From: Eledone cirrhosa
Lineage: Eukaryota
Reading direction: 5' to 3'
NCBI GenBank assembly: GCA_964016885.1
Contig: OZ024750.1
Coordinates: forward strand, 52,514,001 to 52,578,000
Length of the DNA: 64,000 nucleotides
Shown here: piece by piece, positions 40,876 to 53,700 of the stretch
How the letters are laid out: the number at the start of each line of letters is the position of its first letter
Numbering within the stretch: the first letter of the stretch is position 1
Notes under the pieces: model-generated
Databases searched by the model: none
Told to the model about the DNA's origin: nothing
The model's input: only the letters and a program-made list of their open reading frames with translations
Translations under genes and position numbers: made by a program

Positions 40876-41388
40876 GCAGCGAAATCTGTCCACACCTTGA
40901 ACCTTGGGTGACACCTAAAGGTCAAACTCTAGGTCACCACCCTTTTGGTGTGAACAGGTTCATGTGTGGGCTATCCCCTCAAGGTGGGAGACAGAAAGCG
41001 ACAGGTATATAAAGCCTGTATCATCCCACCTTACATACAGAGAGATAGGAGCAGTACGCTATTACAAGCTATGTGAAAGATTCACCGCTATCTACAGGCC
41101 ACAGTGGTCTATAGTCAACTACAGACCATTCAGAGGTCTACAGACCATTACAACCCCCCCCACCCCCCTCTCTCTCTCTCTTGGTCTCAGACTACACCAG
41201 CCTCATGAACCAACAACAAAATAATATTGTCAACCTTCGCAACTCGTGGTAACTTCTTTATTGTTCTTTTTGACTGAAGTGAAGTAAACCTTTGTATATA
41301 TAAAGTAAATCAGCCATTCTTATTATTTCATCTAACAATCTTGTTATAATCATTCTAACAATTTCTTACTTATACCCTGCGTTAAACA
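40875..41388 (+). mobile_element. Possible solo LTR (~514 bp)
   Basis: Starts TGCAGCG and ends CGTTAAACA (degenerate TGTAACG/CGTTACA termini). TATATAAAG at ~41005, AGTAAA near the 3' part, flanks TATA/TACA. Confidence 0.4.
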
Positions 41389-41460
41389 TACATACATACA
41401 TACATACATACATACATACATACATACATACATACATACATACATACATACATACATACA

Positions 41461-44400
41461 TGATGGCTGTCCCCTCGTTATCGAGTATGACCATTGCACG
41501 AAAAAAAAAAATATTAATAACAATAATAATAATAATAACAACAATAATAATAACGACAACAACAACAATAATAATATACATATATATATATATATATATA
41601 CACACACGCGCACACATAAACATATCTATACACACACACACACACGATAGCAATTAACAGCGCTGCGATCGAATGTGGCTTTTTAGCCCAGCCAATGATC
41701 TAAATTGTCTTGCACAGAGTCGGCAACCAAAACATTCACTGGGAATAGCCGGCTGTAGTTGGAGTTCATGTACTTTTGCATGCTGCTTGAGCCCTCCTGC
41801 TGATTTACATTCTCTACCACATGTTTGGTAAGCATGATGAGTAGCATCTCCAACAGCAGCCTGGTAGTCAACCACTGGTCTTACTTTATGACTGCGAAGA
41901 TGACTTTCGAGTCCAGCTTTGCTTAGGCAGAGTCTCGCACAGACGCTGCATGTCAGCACCATAGGAGGACCCTCGCCGTCTGGAAGTGCAACAGCAATGC
42001 CCTTCCTCATATCCCGCTTTACTTTCTCGTATGCGATTCGAGATGCCTCAAAGGCAACTTTCCTCTCATATACAGTCTTTCTCCATTTATTACGATCAGC
42101 AGCAATATTTTCCCATGTATCAGCAGAGATGTTAGCATCTTTCAGAGAGGCTTTCAAGGAATCCTTATACCTCTTTTTTGGTTTATGTGGCGGTCGTTTT
42201 CCTTTAACCAACTCTCCATAAAAGAGTTGTTTTGGTATTCTAGAATCCTTCATCCTGGCAAGGTGACCACTCCAACGGAGTCGTTGCTTAAGCACAAGAG
42301 CTTCTATACTGTCACACATAGAGCTTTCCAAAATCTCGACATCACTGATGTGGTTCCTCCAGTGAACGCCATGGATCCGTCTGAGACACATCTGATGGAA
42401 ACGCTCCAATTGCTTAAGGTGGTGTTGATATGTGACCCAGGTCTCGCAGGCATAAAGAAGAGAAGAGAGCACACGTGCCTTGTACACCTTTACCTTTGTC
42501 CTCCTGCATATGTCTCGCCGACCCCAGAGTCGCCTTTCTAGCTTTCCGAAAACATCACTTTCTTTCCTAATCCTAAGTGAGATTTCACTGTCAAGGTTGC
42601 CGTATCGATCGACAGTGCTTCCCAGGAAGACAAACTGATCAACCACTCCAAGTCGTTTACCATACACATAGATATTTGGTTCACTGTACTGCTTACTAGG
42701 GGCAGGTTGGTACATGACGACGGTTTTCTTGAGACTGACAGTCAATCCTAGGGCAGTGCAAGCATCAGAAAATACATTCAAAATGTGCTGCATATCACTC
42801 TCTGTATGCGCTACAAGATCGCAATCATCTGCATACAAGAGATCTCTTATGATTGATGCAATACTTTTGTCTTTGCAGCAAAGCGCCTGATGTTAAATAT
42901 GCTGCCTGAGGTTCGATATGCAATACAGAAATGCAATACAGAAAACCATTGCAGAGTATATGGCAAACAGGGTCGGTGCTGGAATATCCCCCTGTTTCAC
43001 TCCATTTTTTACTGAGATAGGCTCCGACATGTTACCTCCTACATTAACCCAAGCCTTCATGTCGTCATGCAAAGACCTAACTAAAGCAAAGAACTTATCA
43101 GGGCAACCAAGTTTCTGGAGAACCTTCCATAATGCATTTCTGTTAACTGTATCGAAAGCTTTTGTCAGATCGACAAAAACCTGATACAGATCCAAACCTT
43201 GTTCCATGCACTTCTCCTGGAGCTGTCTAGCTGAGAAGATCATATCAGTAGTGCCGCGTCCAGCACGAAAACCAGATTGACTTTCAGGAAGAACACAATC
43301 TGCAATGTGTGTCAGCAGACGGTCCAGAAGCACCCTACATAAAACTTTCCCTGCGACAGAAAGCAATGATATACCTCTGTAGTTCCCACAATCATTCCTG
43401 TTACCCTTTCCCTTGTACAAGACCACCATTACTGCATCTCTCCAGTCCTCAAGTACGGATTCATTAGCCCATATCCTGCCAAACAAAGAGTGAAGATGTT
43501 GCAGGAGTCTCTCACCACCATATTGTAGGTGCTCAGCATGTATGCCATCCATACCTGGAGACCTTCCACTGTTCAGCTTCGAGATAGCCACTGCAACCTC
43601 CACAAGCGTCGGGGGTTTTGCGAGAGCTACTTTCACAGGACTTTCTGGAATGAGATTGAGGAAATCTTCATTGACGACAGACAGCTGATTCAAAAGATCA
43701 TCAAAGTGCTCTCGCCACCTTCGTAGAATTCCTTGTGAGTCACGAAGAAGTTCTTTGCCATCCTAGCTGCGAAGCGGTGTCACCAGAGAAGAAGACGGTC
43801 CATAAACCTCACGTAAGAGACTGTACAACAGCTTTGTGTTATTGGAATCTGACGCAGTTTGTATCTCATCAGCCTTCTCAATCCACCACTGATTCTTCAT
43901 CTGAGAAAGACTCCTCCTAACACGTGATTTCACATCCTTGAGTTCCTTATGCAACGTATTCTTCTCCTGTGGTTTTGCCGTCAAGTAGCGTGACAGAGCA
44001 CGCCTCTTATCAGCCAACAAGTCTTCTATATGTACATCATTCTCATTAAACCAGTCCTGATGTTTTCTCTGCACCAATCCCAGAACACGCATGCCTATAT
44101 CATAAACCGACCTTTTAAGGGTCGGCCAATCCTCAGCAAGATCTGCAACCTGCATCTCTTCTTGCAATGTCCTCTTCACATTTTTATCCTGAAGACGAGC
44201 AGCATTCAATCTTCTGGGCAGGGCAACACCAGGAGCCCGGATTTTACGTTTAGTGATTAGTTTCACTTTTGCGCGTACCAGGCGGTGGTCCGTCCAGCAC
44301 TCAGCTCCACGAAGAGCACGAATACACTGCACATCCTGTCTGTCACGCATCCTGACTAGGACGTAGTCCAAAAGATGCCATTCCTTAGATGCAGGATGCA

Positions 44401-45150
44401 TCCATGTGGTCTTGAATTTGTTCTTTTGTTGGAACATGGTGTTGGTAACACACAGATCCAGCTCCTCACACATCTGCAGCAGGAGCATACCATTGCTGTT
44501 ACACTTTCCCACCCCATGCCTTCCGATTACATTCCATGTGTTAAAATCCCTACCCACTCTAGCATTAAAGTCACCAAGCACGATGACTTTTTTTCTGCCC
44601 GAGGGATATTTCTTAAAACACATTTCAAGGCATGGTAAAAGGACACTTTTTCTTCATCGACAAAATTCATAGTTGGAGCATACACACTCACCAGGGTCGC
44701 ATATCTTCCTTTGTCCAGCGGAATTCTCATGGACATAAGACGCTCACTAATCCCTACTGGGAATTCTTCTAATTTATTCACAAGAACAGTCTTAACAACA
44801 AATACTACCCAAGCATCTCTTCTGGTTCCTTCATCTCTTCCTTTCCAGAAGAATGTATATTCTCCACAAAATTCTGTAAGATGACCATCTCCAGCTAACC
44901 TCGTCTCAGATAAAGCCACCATGTCAAGATCGTAATGGCGAAGCTCCTTTGCAACAAGAGCGGTCCTTCGTTCAGGACGCTCCAAGTAATCCCTGTCAAG
45001 CAGCGTCCGTACGTTCCAGCAGCCAAGACTAAATGCCTTGTTTGGCTCTATTACAGTGGCACGATGACGAGCGGGCCCAGGCTGTGATAACCTGGGGCCT
45101 CTGCCCTTATTGCCAATTATCTTTTTTGTTCCAGAACCTTTATTGCCAAA
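41461..45150 (-). mobile_element. RTE (BovB-like) LINE family 1, complete EN-RT-ZnF ORF with frameshifts; 3'UTR split by microsatellites at 41501-41642
   Basis: APE motifs GCWNVRTL, ALSETRL, GDFNARVG and TDHRL. RT motifs NYRGISLL, FVDLTKAFD, GVKQG and YADD. Three C-terminal C2H2-like fingers and a (TGTA)n tail. Confidence 0.93.
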
Positions 45151-45158
45151 TATCTCTT

Positions 45159-45187
<29 letters not shown>

Positions 45188-45190
<3 letters not shown>

Positions 45191-45283
45191 TGTTTCTACT
45201 TTTGGCAGAAGGCCAGAAAATTAGCCCAGTGTATTACTGGTACTCTATGTTATCGACCCCGTAAGGATGAAAGGCAAAGTTAA
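45188..45283 (-). mobile_element. 5'-truncated SINE within (AAT)n
   Basis: The reverse complement matches the SINE body and tail. Confidence 0.85.
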
Positions 45284-45338
45284 TAATAATAAAACTAATA
45301 ATAATAATAATACACTATTGATAATTCTTAATTAATGC

Positions 45339-46440
45339 TTTCTTTATTAACCACAAGGGCTTACACAAAGTAGACATTAAGGACAGTACAGGACAATACA
45401 GGACGGTACAAATGGAAAAAAGTTAATCAGGGCATCACCGAAGAGATAAGTGCTCGCCTTCAGCCCTTTCAAACGTGTCCACCATACTATCTCTTTCGCC
45501 ATGGCCACCAGACAGATAAAAACTGCCTGCCCTTCCCGGCTAAAGGAGGAGGGTGGGGCAATCCTCACGATGGACTCAGCTGATAGTTGGATCCGTTCTA
45601 AACGCGACAGCAGGTGTTCGACATAAACCCACAAGTCAGTAATGCTCGGACACTGGACGAGTACATGCAGGACGGTTTCGTCGCCCTGCGCGCATCTCGG
45701 ACATTCCCGGCTGATGGCACCTCCATTCCTGTAGAGTTTATCCCGAACTGGCAAAGCTCCTCGGTAGCACTGCCAGGCCAGGGATTTCTGGAAGTTGTCC
45801 ATAGGCCCCGGCCCGAAAGTTCTTCCAAAGAGATTGGCTAGTTGATTTTCGTCGACGCCTAGAGTTTCCCCAAGTACGTCGTCGCTCTTCCCCTCCACTA
45901 ATCCTCTATAGAACGCCAAGGTGGCTTTCCACCGATCACATTGCCCGATTGGTCGAGGGCTGTAGCGCCTGAAGACATTCCAGTCTCCAAGCGCTCCCTC
46001 TCGGTCTTCGCTTGACCCAGGACTGCAGCTCCGTCAAGGAGATGAGCTGGGGAAAGATGCGTCTAGCAAACGGCGACCACACCTGATCACCGTCGAGGAA
46101 GAGGTGGAGATGTCGTAGCCTGAGCGCGTGTCTGCGCATCATTAGCCACGGCATGCCCAGCCCTCTGCGTAGCGGGTGTTGACAGCAGATGGACCACCTG
46201 ACCATCGGAGCGCGTCCCTTCCACAAAAAGCGAAAGAGCGAACGCTCCAGCGCAGTCAGGCGAGGCTTAGGACAAGGCACGGCGGTTAGGCGGTAGTAGA
46301 TGACGGACGCGATGTACGCGTTAGCCACCTCCGCTCGACCTTTCAGGGATAGCTTCCTCTCCGCCCATTTCTGGGTGACAGAAGTCACCTCGTCCCAGTT
46401 TTTGTCTGTCTGGAGGTCCGGACCGAACCAGACCCCTAGC
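45339..46440 (-). mobile_element. Tx1/L1-group LINE, 5'-truncated, with an internal deletion near the 3' end
   Basis: LGVWFG...CPRCAQGDETVLHVLVQC. Ends in AATAAAGAAA. 9-bp TSD AATTAATGC at 45330-45338 and 46441-46449. Confidence 0.92.
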
Positions 46441-46700
46441 AATTAATGCAATCGTGCAATGCCTGTGCGTGACGAATATTTTTAAAGTGAGGAAAGACTG
46501 TGCACTTAGCCAATCCCACTCTCTGAGCGCCATTAGCTATAACCCGAAAAGAAGAAAAGATCAACATCATCGGTAACTACTGAGCCACAGGTTTTATGTC
46601 GGAGTTAACCCAGTTTTCTGAGATGCCTTCTCCTAGAAGAATGCCCTGACAAGGGCTAGGGGTTCTTCACTCCCAGTGGTTTAACTGCGCGAATGGTGTA
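46441..46700 (-). mobile_element. RTE family 1 5'UTR arm
   Basis: Homologous to the 5'UTR of the RTE at 54250-54378 (shared CAATCCCACTCTCTGAGC, CCCGAAAAG, TCAACATCATCGG) and to 49520-49705 and 63890-64000. Confidence 0.85.
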
Positions 46701-46910
46701 TTCAGCCCGATTTTTTCTCTGTCCCCGCGCATAAAAAAACAAAACACAACTCACTTATTGACACTTATACGTACGACATACACACACGCGCGCACACACA
46801 CATACATATGCGCGCACACACCAACACTCATACATACAAACACACACACGCTACTCACTTACACACACACATATATATATATATATATTACCGTCATTAC
46901 TGATACAAGA

Positions 46911-47064
46911 TTACAAGATTATGTCAACTGTTGACTTTCAAGAGCTCGGAGCGTGGAGAGCCATAGCTCTATGCTGTAAAGCAATTATAATAATACTGAA
47001 CTGTAACACGAACAGCTTCAACTATACGAACTCTTGAAAGTCAACAGTTGACATAATCTTGTAA
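46911..47064. mobile_element. 154-bp MITE-like element with perfect 34-bp terminal inverted repeats
   Basis: TTACAAGATTATGTCAACTGTTGACTTTCAAGAG at 46911-46944 and its exact reverse complement at 47031-47064. No clear TSD. Confidence 0.65.
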
Positions 47065-47117
47065 CATACATACATACATAGATACAAACACACCCACTTG
47101 GCAAAAAAACTAACGAC

Positions 47118-49429
47118 CAGAACCTGATGTATAAGATATATACAGCCTGCCTGAACCTATTCCTCCAAGATCACTGTGAAAATAATAACATCATCACAGA
47201 TGAACAAGCAGCTGGAAAGAAAGGGATTTGGGGATGTGCTGAACAACTCCTAATCAACAAAACTGCGATGTCGGAGGTGCGACAACTTAGGAGGAAAATG
47301 GCTACAGTCTGGCTGGACAACAGGAAAGCTTTCGATTCTGTTCTCCACTCTTGGATGATAGAGGCTCTCCAACTTGCTAAAGTCCCAGACATTATTGTCA
47401 GAGCCATAGAGAGGCTGTCTTCTTCTTGGGCTACTATCCTAAGGTTAAAGACAGAGAGGGGGGACTCTATTTTCACTGACAAAAAAAAATATTGCAGGGG
47501 TATATTTCAGGGGGACAGTCTCTCTGTGATATTGTTCATCTTGTCATTAAACCCCTTGTACTTTCTGCTCAAGAAATGTGAGGGATACATCATTGGCTCA
47601 TAGGAGGACAGAAATATGAACCTAACCCATAATTTCTCTGTGGATGACCTGAAACTCTATGCCAAGGACATGGATGGGATGAAGAAAAATCTTGACCTGG
47701 TTACAACGTTCTCAAAGGATGTAGGAATGGAGTTTGGCCAAGATAAATGCTCATATATGACTGTAAAGCGGGGTAAAACAATAACCCAATATAGCAACAT
47801 TGTCATCAATGGCATAACTGTTTCACCGATATCTGATGAGGACTGCTACAGATACCTGGGGATAGATGAGAACATATCCTATAATGGTATCTGTAATAAG
47901 GAACGCGTAATCAGGGAATACTACACCCGATTAAGAAAGATATGGTCCCCGGAACTCTCTGCGCAAAACAAAACAGTGGCTCACAATGTGTTTGCTGTGC
48001 CTGTCCTAACACCAACGTTTGGAATACTCAATTGGACGATAGACGAAATCCGAGCAGTTGATGTTGGAACTCGAAAAATACTGAACAACGCCGGAAACTT
48101 CCACATCAACAGTGACATAGACCGCCTTTACTTGAAACGTAAGTAGGAGGCAGAGGCCTAACATCAGTCCAGACAACATTTGAATGTCGCATCATATCTC
48201 TCCGACAACATCTACGAACCTCGAAGCGTAGGAACCCGTCTCTCGAGCAAGTCTATCTGCATGAAACAGATAAGATCATGAGAGTTGGGAAGGAACTCCT
48301 CGAGAGATATTCCCTGTGAGATAATCAAAAACTCACACCCAGGGATACGCTCAGCAGTATCGCAGTGAATTCATGGATGAAAAACTGTATGCTTATCAGC
48401 AAAAAATCATGCATGGATACGTTGCCAGGAAGCTCCAAAGTGAGAGTAATATAGATAAGGAAAGTAGTCTATCTTGGACCAACAACCGCTGTATTGGCTC
48501 CCACTTTGAAGGATATGCTTTTGCAATCCCAAAACAGGAGATTAACACGAAATACCTGATTCATAAAAGAGATAGGGATGCAGGCAAAACACCTAGATGA
48601 GTTAACAAGTGCAGACTGCAAAACTAACATCGAGGATATCGCCCATGTCATCAGCAGCTGTCCAAAGATGTCATCGCGGTACTATCTACCTATGAGGCAT
48701 GATGTAGTGGCCAAAACACTGTACAATGAAGTTCGTAAAAAAGATAGCCCCAATAATAAACACATTAAAAGCTACAGCAATGTGGAAGACATCCATGTAC
48801 ATAATATGAAAGAGTATTGGTGGAATGTTCCACTAAAAACCCCAATAAAATGCAGGCATAAGGGACCAGATATTATGATATGGGACAGGGAGAAGAAAAC
48901 ATGCACAGTAGTGGAAATTAGCTGCCCAGAAGATGCCAATATAACATCAAAGATTACTGAAAAGGAGAATATTTATGCAGAACTGATGAGAAATCTGCAG
49001 ATACTCCACCCTGATTACACCTTCAGATTTATGCCTGTGATTATTGGGACACTGGGATATGTTAGTAACTGCCTCAATACAAATCTTGAGAAGCTGGGCT
49101 TCACAGGAACAGAAAGAACACAACTAGTTAGGAAATTACAAGTACAATCCATTGATGGAACAGTAAAAATATGTAAAACATTCCAAACATTTTGCATCTA
49201 ATAACTGCATATACACATGTACAGATGCAAAGCATATACACATCCACACATACAACTCAAAACATACAAATCCACACATACAATAACATCCATATCTACA
49301 CATGCATGCATACATACATATCTACCTAGTTGATGTTGTGTAAATTCCAATGAGAGAGTCTTGTGTCTATGTTAGAAACCGACTCTCTCTCTATTGGCAA
49401 AACTTTGTGAAATTATAAAACCAGAAGAA
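47118..49429 (+). mobile_element. R4/Dong-clade LINE family A (RT + restriction-like endonuclease), 5'-truncated and degenerate
   Basis: RT motifs KAFDSV, GIFQGDSLS and VDDLKLY. C-terminal CCHC, RHD and PD-(x)n-E RLE motif. Ends AAAACCAGAAGAA(CATA)n. Confidence 0.9.
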
Positions 49430-49455
49430 CATACATACATAAACACATACATACA

Positions 49456-49705
49456 TGATGGCTGCCCCCTCGTTATCGAGTATGGCCATTGCATGATATA
49501 CCATTATTAATAATTATTAATTAATTCTATCGTGCAATGCCTGTGCGTGAAGATATTTCTTTTAAGTGAGGAAATCCCACTCTCTGAGCGACAGTAGCTA
49601 TAACCCGAAAAGAAGAAAAGATCAACATCATCGGTAACTACTGAGCCACAGGTTTTATATCGGAGTCATCCCAGTTTCCTGAGTTGCCTTCTCCTAGAAG
49701 AATGC
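49456..49705 (-). mobile_element. Bipartite non-autonomous RTE derivative (5'UTR part + AT-rich linker + 3' tail), family 1
   Basis: 5'UTR homology at 49528-49705 is joined via a 29-bp AT linker to the RTE 3' terminus at 49456-49498. (CATA)n on both flanks. Confidence 0.8.
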
Positions 49706-49721
49706 ATACATACATACATAC

Positions 49722-50385
49722 ATGGTGGCTGCCAACTCGTTTTCGAGTACGGCCACTACTTTATATCCATGTAGAAGAACCCCTACCGATGCGCTGAACG
49801 AGTGTGATTTTTTAGTCTAGCCAGCGACTTGAAAACTCTGGTACAAACACTACACTTGTGACAATTATTGACACATAGTGCTGGGCCCATGGTACCATGT
49901 GACGACAAGTGCAGAGAGATCTCCAGATATAAAGCAATGCCTGTGCGTGAAGCTTTTATAGTGAGCAAAGGCACTGCACAAAGCCAGTCCCACTCTCTTA
50001 ACCAAGATGATATTTACCAAAAAGAAGTCAACATCATTGGATACCATCAGAGTTGCAGGTGTTATATCAGAGTTTTCCTTCTCCTAGAATTCTGCCTTGA
50101 CAAAGACTAAGGGGTCATCTCTCTCGGTGATTTTGGATGGCCATTGATTCTTAAGAGTTCCTTTGCCCTTTGACAGGTTTTGTTTTTAGTCCTGCAGGAT
50201 GTCCAAAGTCACCCTCCTCACCAAGAAACCTTGGTGAGGTTGCCAGTTTAGTCGCCAACGACCCGACCATGAGACAGGTTGTACTGGGATACATGTTACC
50301 AGTAGCACTAACTGGTGACCAACTGGTGACCAACTGGTGACCAACTGGTGACCAACTGGTGACCAACTGGTGACCAACTGGTGAC
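49722..50385 (-). mobile_element. Internally deleted RTE family 3 element (long 5'UTR + last zinc finger + 3' tail)
   Basis: 5'UTR homology from 49920. C2H2 remnant CSVCTRVFKSLARLKNHTRSAH*. RTE-type terminal hairpin, an 11-bp tandem repeat at the 5' end, and (CATA)n on both sides. Confidence 0.8.
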
Positions 50386-50431
50386 ATACATACATACATA
50401 CATACATACATACATACATACATACATACAT

Positions 50432-50695
50432 ACAGTAAAAATATGTAAAACATTCCAAAAATGTTGTATCTAATAACATCTAATAACTGCATATACACAT
50501 GTACAGATGCAAAGCATATACACATGCACACATACACATCCACACATACAATAACATCCATATCTACACATGCATACATACATATCTACCTAGTTGATGT
50601 TGTGTAAATTCCAATGAGAGAGTCTTGTGTCTATGTTAGAAACCGACTCTCTCTCTCTATTGGTAAAACTTTGTGAAATTATAAAACCAGAAGAA
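50432..50695 (+). mobile_element. R4/Dong family A 3' fragment
   Basis: Matches 49159-49429. Confidence 0.9.
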
Positions 50696-50712
50696 CATAC
50701 ACACATACACAC

Positions 50713-53700
50713 ATGATGGCTGCAAACTCTGCCAAGAGTATTGCAATCGCTTGTCAGATTCAGATGTGGGACGCTCGGATATGGCTTTTCAAGCCTGCTA
50801 GAGACTTGCACTCCTTCACACACTGACGACAACTATGGATCTCCCTGGCTTGAGGTCCCGCATCAGGTTGCCCGTGAACCCTCACAACACCGTGGAGATC
50901 ATAGTTCACTGGTTCTCTTTGAACATGGCTGCGACTGTGGCTCCTGAGACCAGATTTGCTCCAGTACATTTTTCCACACTCAAGGCACTTCAATTCAATG
51001 GAGACACCGATCGTTTCGAGAGATTCACCAGGGCATTGCTTACGCATATCCCGTTTGATCTTCTCGTGTTCTATGAGTCTGTCCTCAAAATTATGGACCC
51101 CATCATTCACCATTCCACGCCAAGTCTCTCTTTCAAGAGCTTCTATCTCCTAGTCAGCCATCATCAAACTAGTTTTTTTCAATAAGTCCTTTACACAATC
51201 CTTGAATCGGAGCTTTAGTTTGTGTGGTTGTCTCTTACCCTCACAAAGCTCGCCTTACAAGAGTTGTTTTGGGACTCGATCATCATCCATTCTGCAGAGG
51301 TGTCCGGTCCATCGCAAACGCCGTTGGTGGATGATACTCTCAATGTTCCGACACTCACTTCTCTCAAGGACCTCAACATCACTCACATGCATCTGCCACT
51401 TGATACCAAGCATCTTTCTGAGACACTGCTGGTGAAACCGTTCCAGACTGTGGATATACCGTTTGTAGGCAACCCATGTCTCACATGCATACAGCAAAGC
51501 TGATAGTACACATGCAGCACACACTCTTACCTTGGTCCTCATTGTGATTCCTCGCTTGCACCAAAGACGGTCGTTGAGCCTTCCAAATGACTCACTGGCC
51601 TTAAAACACGTAGACCAACTTCTGCATCCAGAGAGCAGGTCACACTCAGAGTACTCCCCAAATACACAAATGTGTCAGCAGCCTTCAGCTTTTGACCGTA
51701 TACGTGTATGGAGGTTTCATTGAAAACTTTATCCAAAGTAGGCTGGTACATGACGACAGTCTTCTTCAGACTGATTGTCAGTCCCAAAGCAATGTACACA
51801 CTGGAAAAAGAATCCATAAGGTGTTGCATGTCACTCTGGGAGTGTGCAAAGAGATCACAATCATCTGCATATAAAGATTCTCTGATCAAGGTACTCAGTA
51901 CCTTAGTGTTGGCAGTGAGACGCCTGAGGTTAAACAGCTTGCCGGAAGTGTGATATCTGAGATAGATACAGTGTTGACAATCCTTGAAGGCCATGAAGAA
52001 CACCATCGCGAAATACAAGGCAAACAAAGTTGGTGCAGGTATATCACCTTGCTTGACACCATTTTCAACCTAGATTGGCTCAGACAGTTTACCTCCAACA
52101 TTCACCCATGCCTGCATGTCATCGTGGAAGAGTTTCAGAATATTCACAAACTTTTCAGGACAGCCCAATCTCTCCAAAATAATCCACAAAGCCTTCCGAT
52201 TAACGGTGTCAAATGCTTTGGTCAGATCGACAAAAACTTGGTATAAGTCCATGCGCTGCTCAATGCATTTCTCTTGAAGTTGTCTGGCCGAGAAGATCAT
52301 GTCAACAGTGCCTCTGCCATTCCTAAAGCCACATTGGGACTCAGGAAGTACCTCAACAGCAATGTGCTGTATCAATCTGTCCAACAATATCCTGCACAAG
52401 ATCTTCCCAGCCACAGATAGCAGTGAAATACCTCTGTAGTTGCCAGTCATCTTTGGCTCCCTTTCCTTTGTAAAGTACCACCATCAATGTATCTTTCCAA
52501 TCCTGTGGCACATCTTCTTCGTTCCAACCATTCACAAAGAGATCAGTGAGGCGGTTTAAGAAGTTATCACCAGCACACTTGAAAATCTCAGCACTCAGTT
52601 CATCCATTCCAGGTGACTTGCCGCTGTTTAATTTGGCAATGGCCTTCGCCACCTCATCAAATGAAGGAGGATCAGCCATTGCCAGCTTTGTAGGTCTGGA
52701 TGGAATCGACCCGATGAACTCATCACCAATTTCTGATGGTCCGTTGAGAAGCTCAACAAAGTGGTCATGCCACCTGATCAGGATTTCCTTCGGATCTCTG
52801 AGCAATCATTGCCGTTCCCGAAGCGAAGTGGTGATATTCGTGAACCGGTTGTACCATACACCTCCCTGAGCAGACTGTATAAGAGCTTTGTATCATGTCT
52901 ATCTGAGGCCTTCTGGATTTCATCAGCCTTTTGGCTCCACCAGGTACCCTGCATGGCTCTCAATCGATGTTGCACACGTGCCTTGATCTGCCTGAAGGTC
53001 CGGTTACTCCCGTCAGAACGTGTCTCACACAATAATGATGTCAGCACTTTTTGTTTCTCTTCAAGCAAAGTCTGGATCACTGGATCATTTTCATCGAACC
53101 AGTCTTTATGCTTTCTATTGGTATGACCCAAAAGTCCAGCACTAACATCATAGACGGTTTTCTTCAATGATTCCCAAGTGGTTTCACATTCCATCGACTC
53201 AAGGGACCTCGACAGCTCAGCTCTGACTTTCTCTGTTTTCAGACGAGCCACATTTAGTTGTTTTGGAAGTGCAACCTTCTTCCCCTTTACTTTGGGCTTC
53301 ACAGACAATGATCAGTCCAACATTCCGCACCTCGCAATACTCGAACCAATGTGATATCCCTGATATCACGTTTTCTCGTTAAAACGAAGTCAATAAGGTG
53401 CTACTTCTTGGAACCTGGATGCATCCAAGTTGTCTTATATTTGTCTTTCTGCTGAAAGAGCGTGTTCCCAACAACAAGATCCATCTCAGTGCACATCTGC
53501 AACAGAAGTAGACATTTGTTATTGCACTTACCTACTCCATGCCGGCCCATCACACTCCAAGCTTCCCAGTCATTACCAACACGTGCATTAAAATCACCAA
53601 GGATGACAATCTTGTCTGCATAAGGTATACCATGGATGACCTCTCTCAAAGACATGTAGAAACTTAGTTTTTCATCATCACTAGCACACATAGTAGGAGC

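Noticed and set aside
46441-46700. Hammerhead or HDV-like ribozyme in the shared RTE 5'UTR block (CCGATGATG..., GGCTAAG)
   Set aside because: The core reads CCGAUGA rather than CUGAUGA, and the GCUAA motif is not conserved in families 2 and 3.
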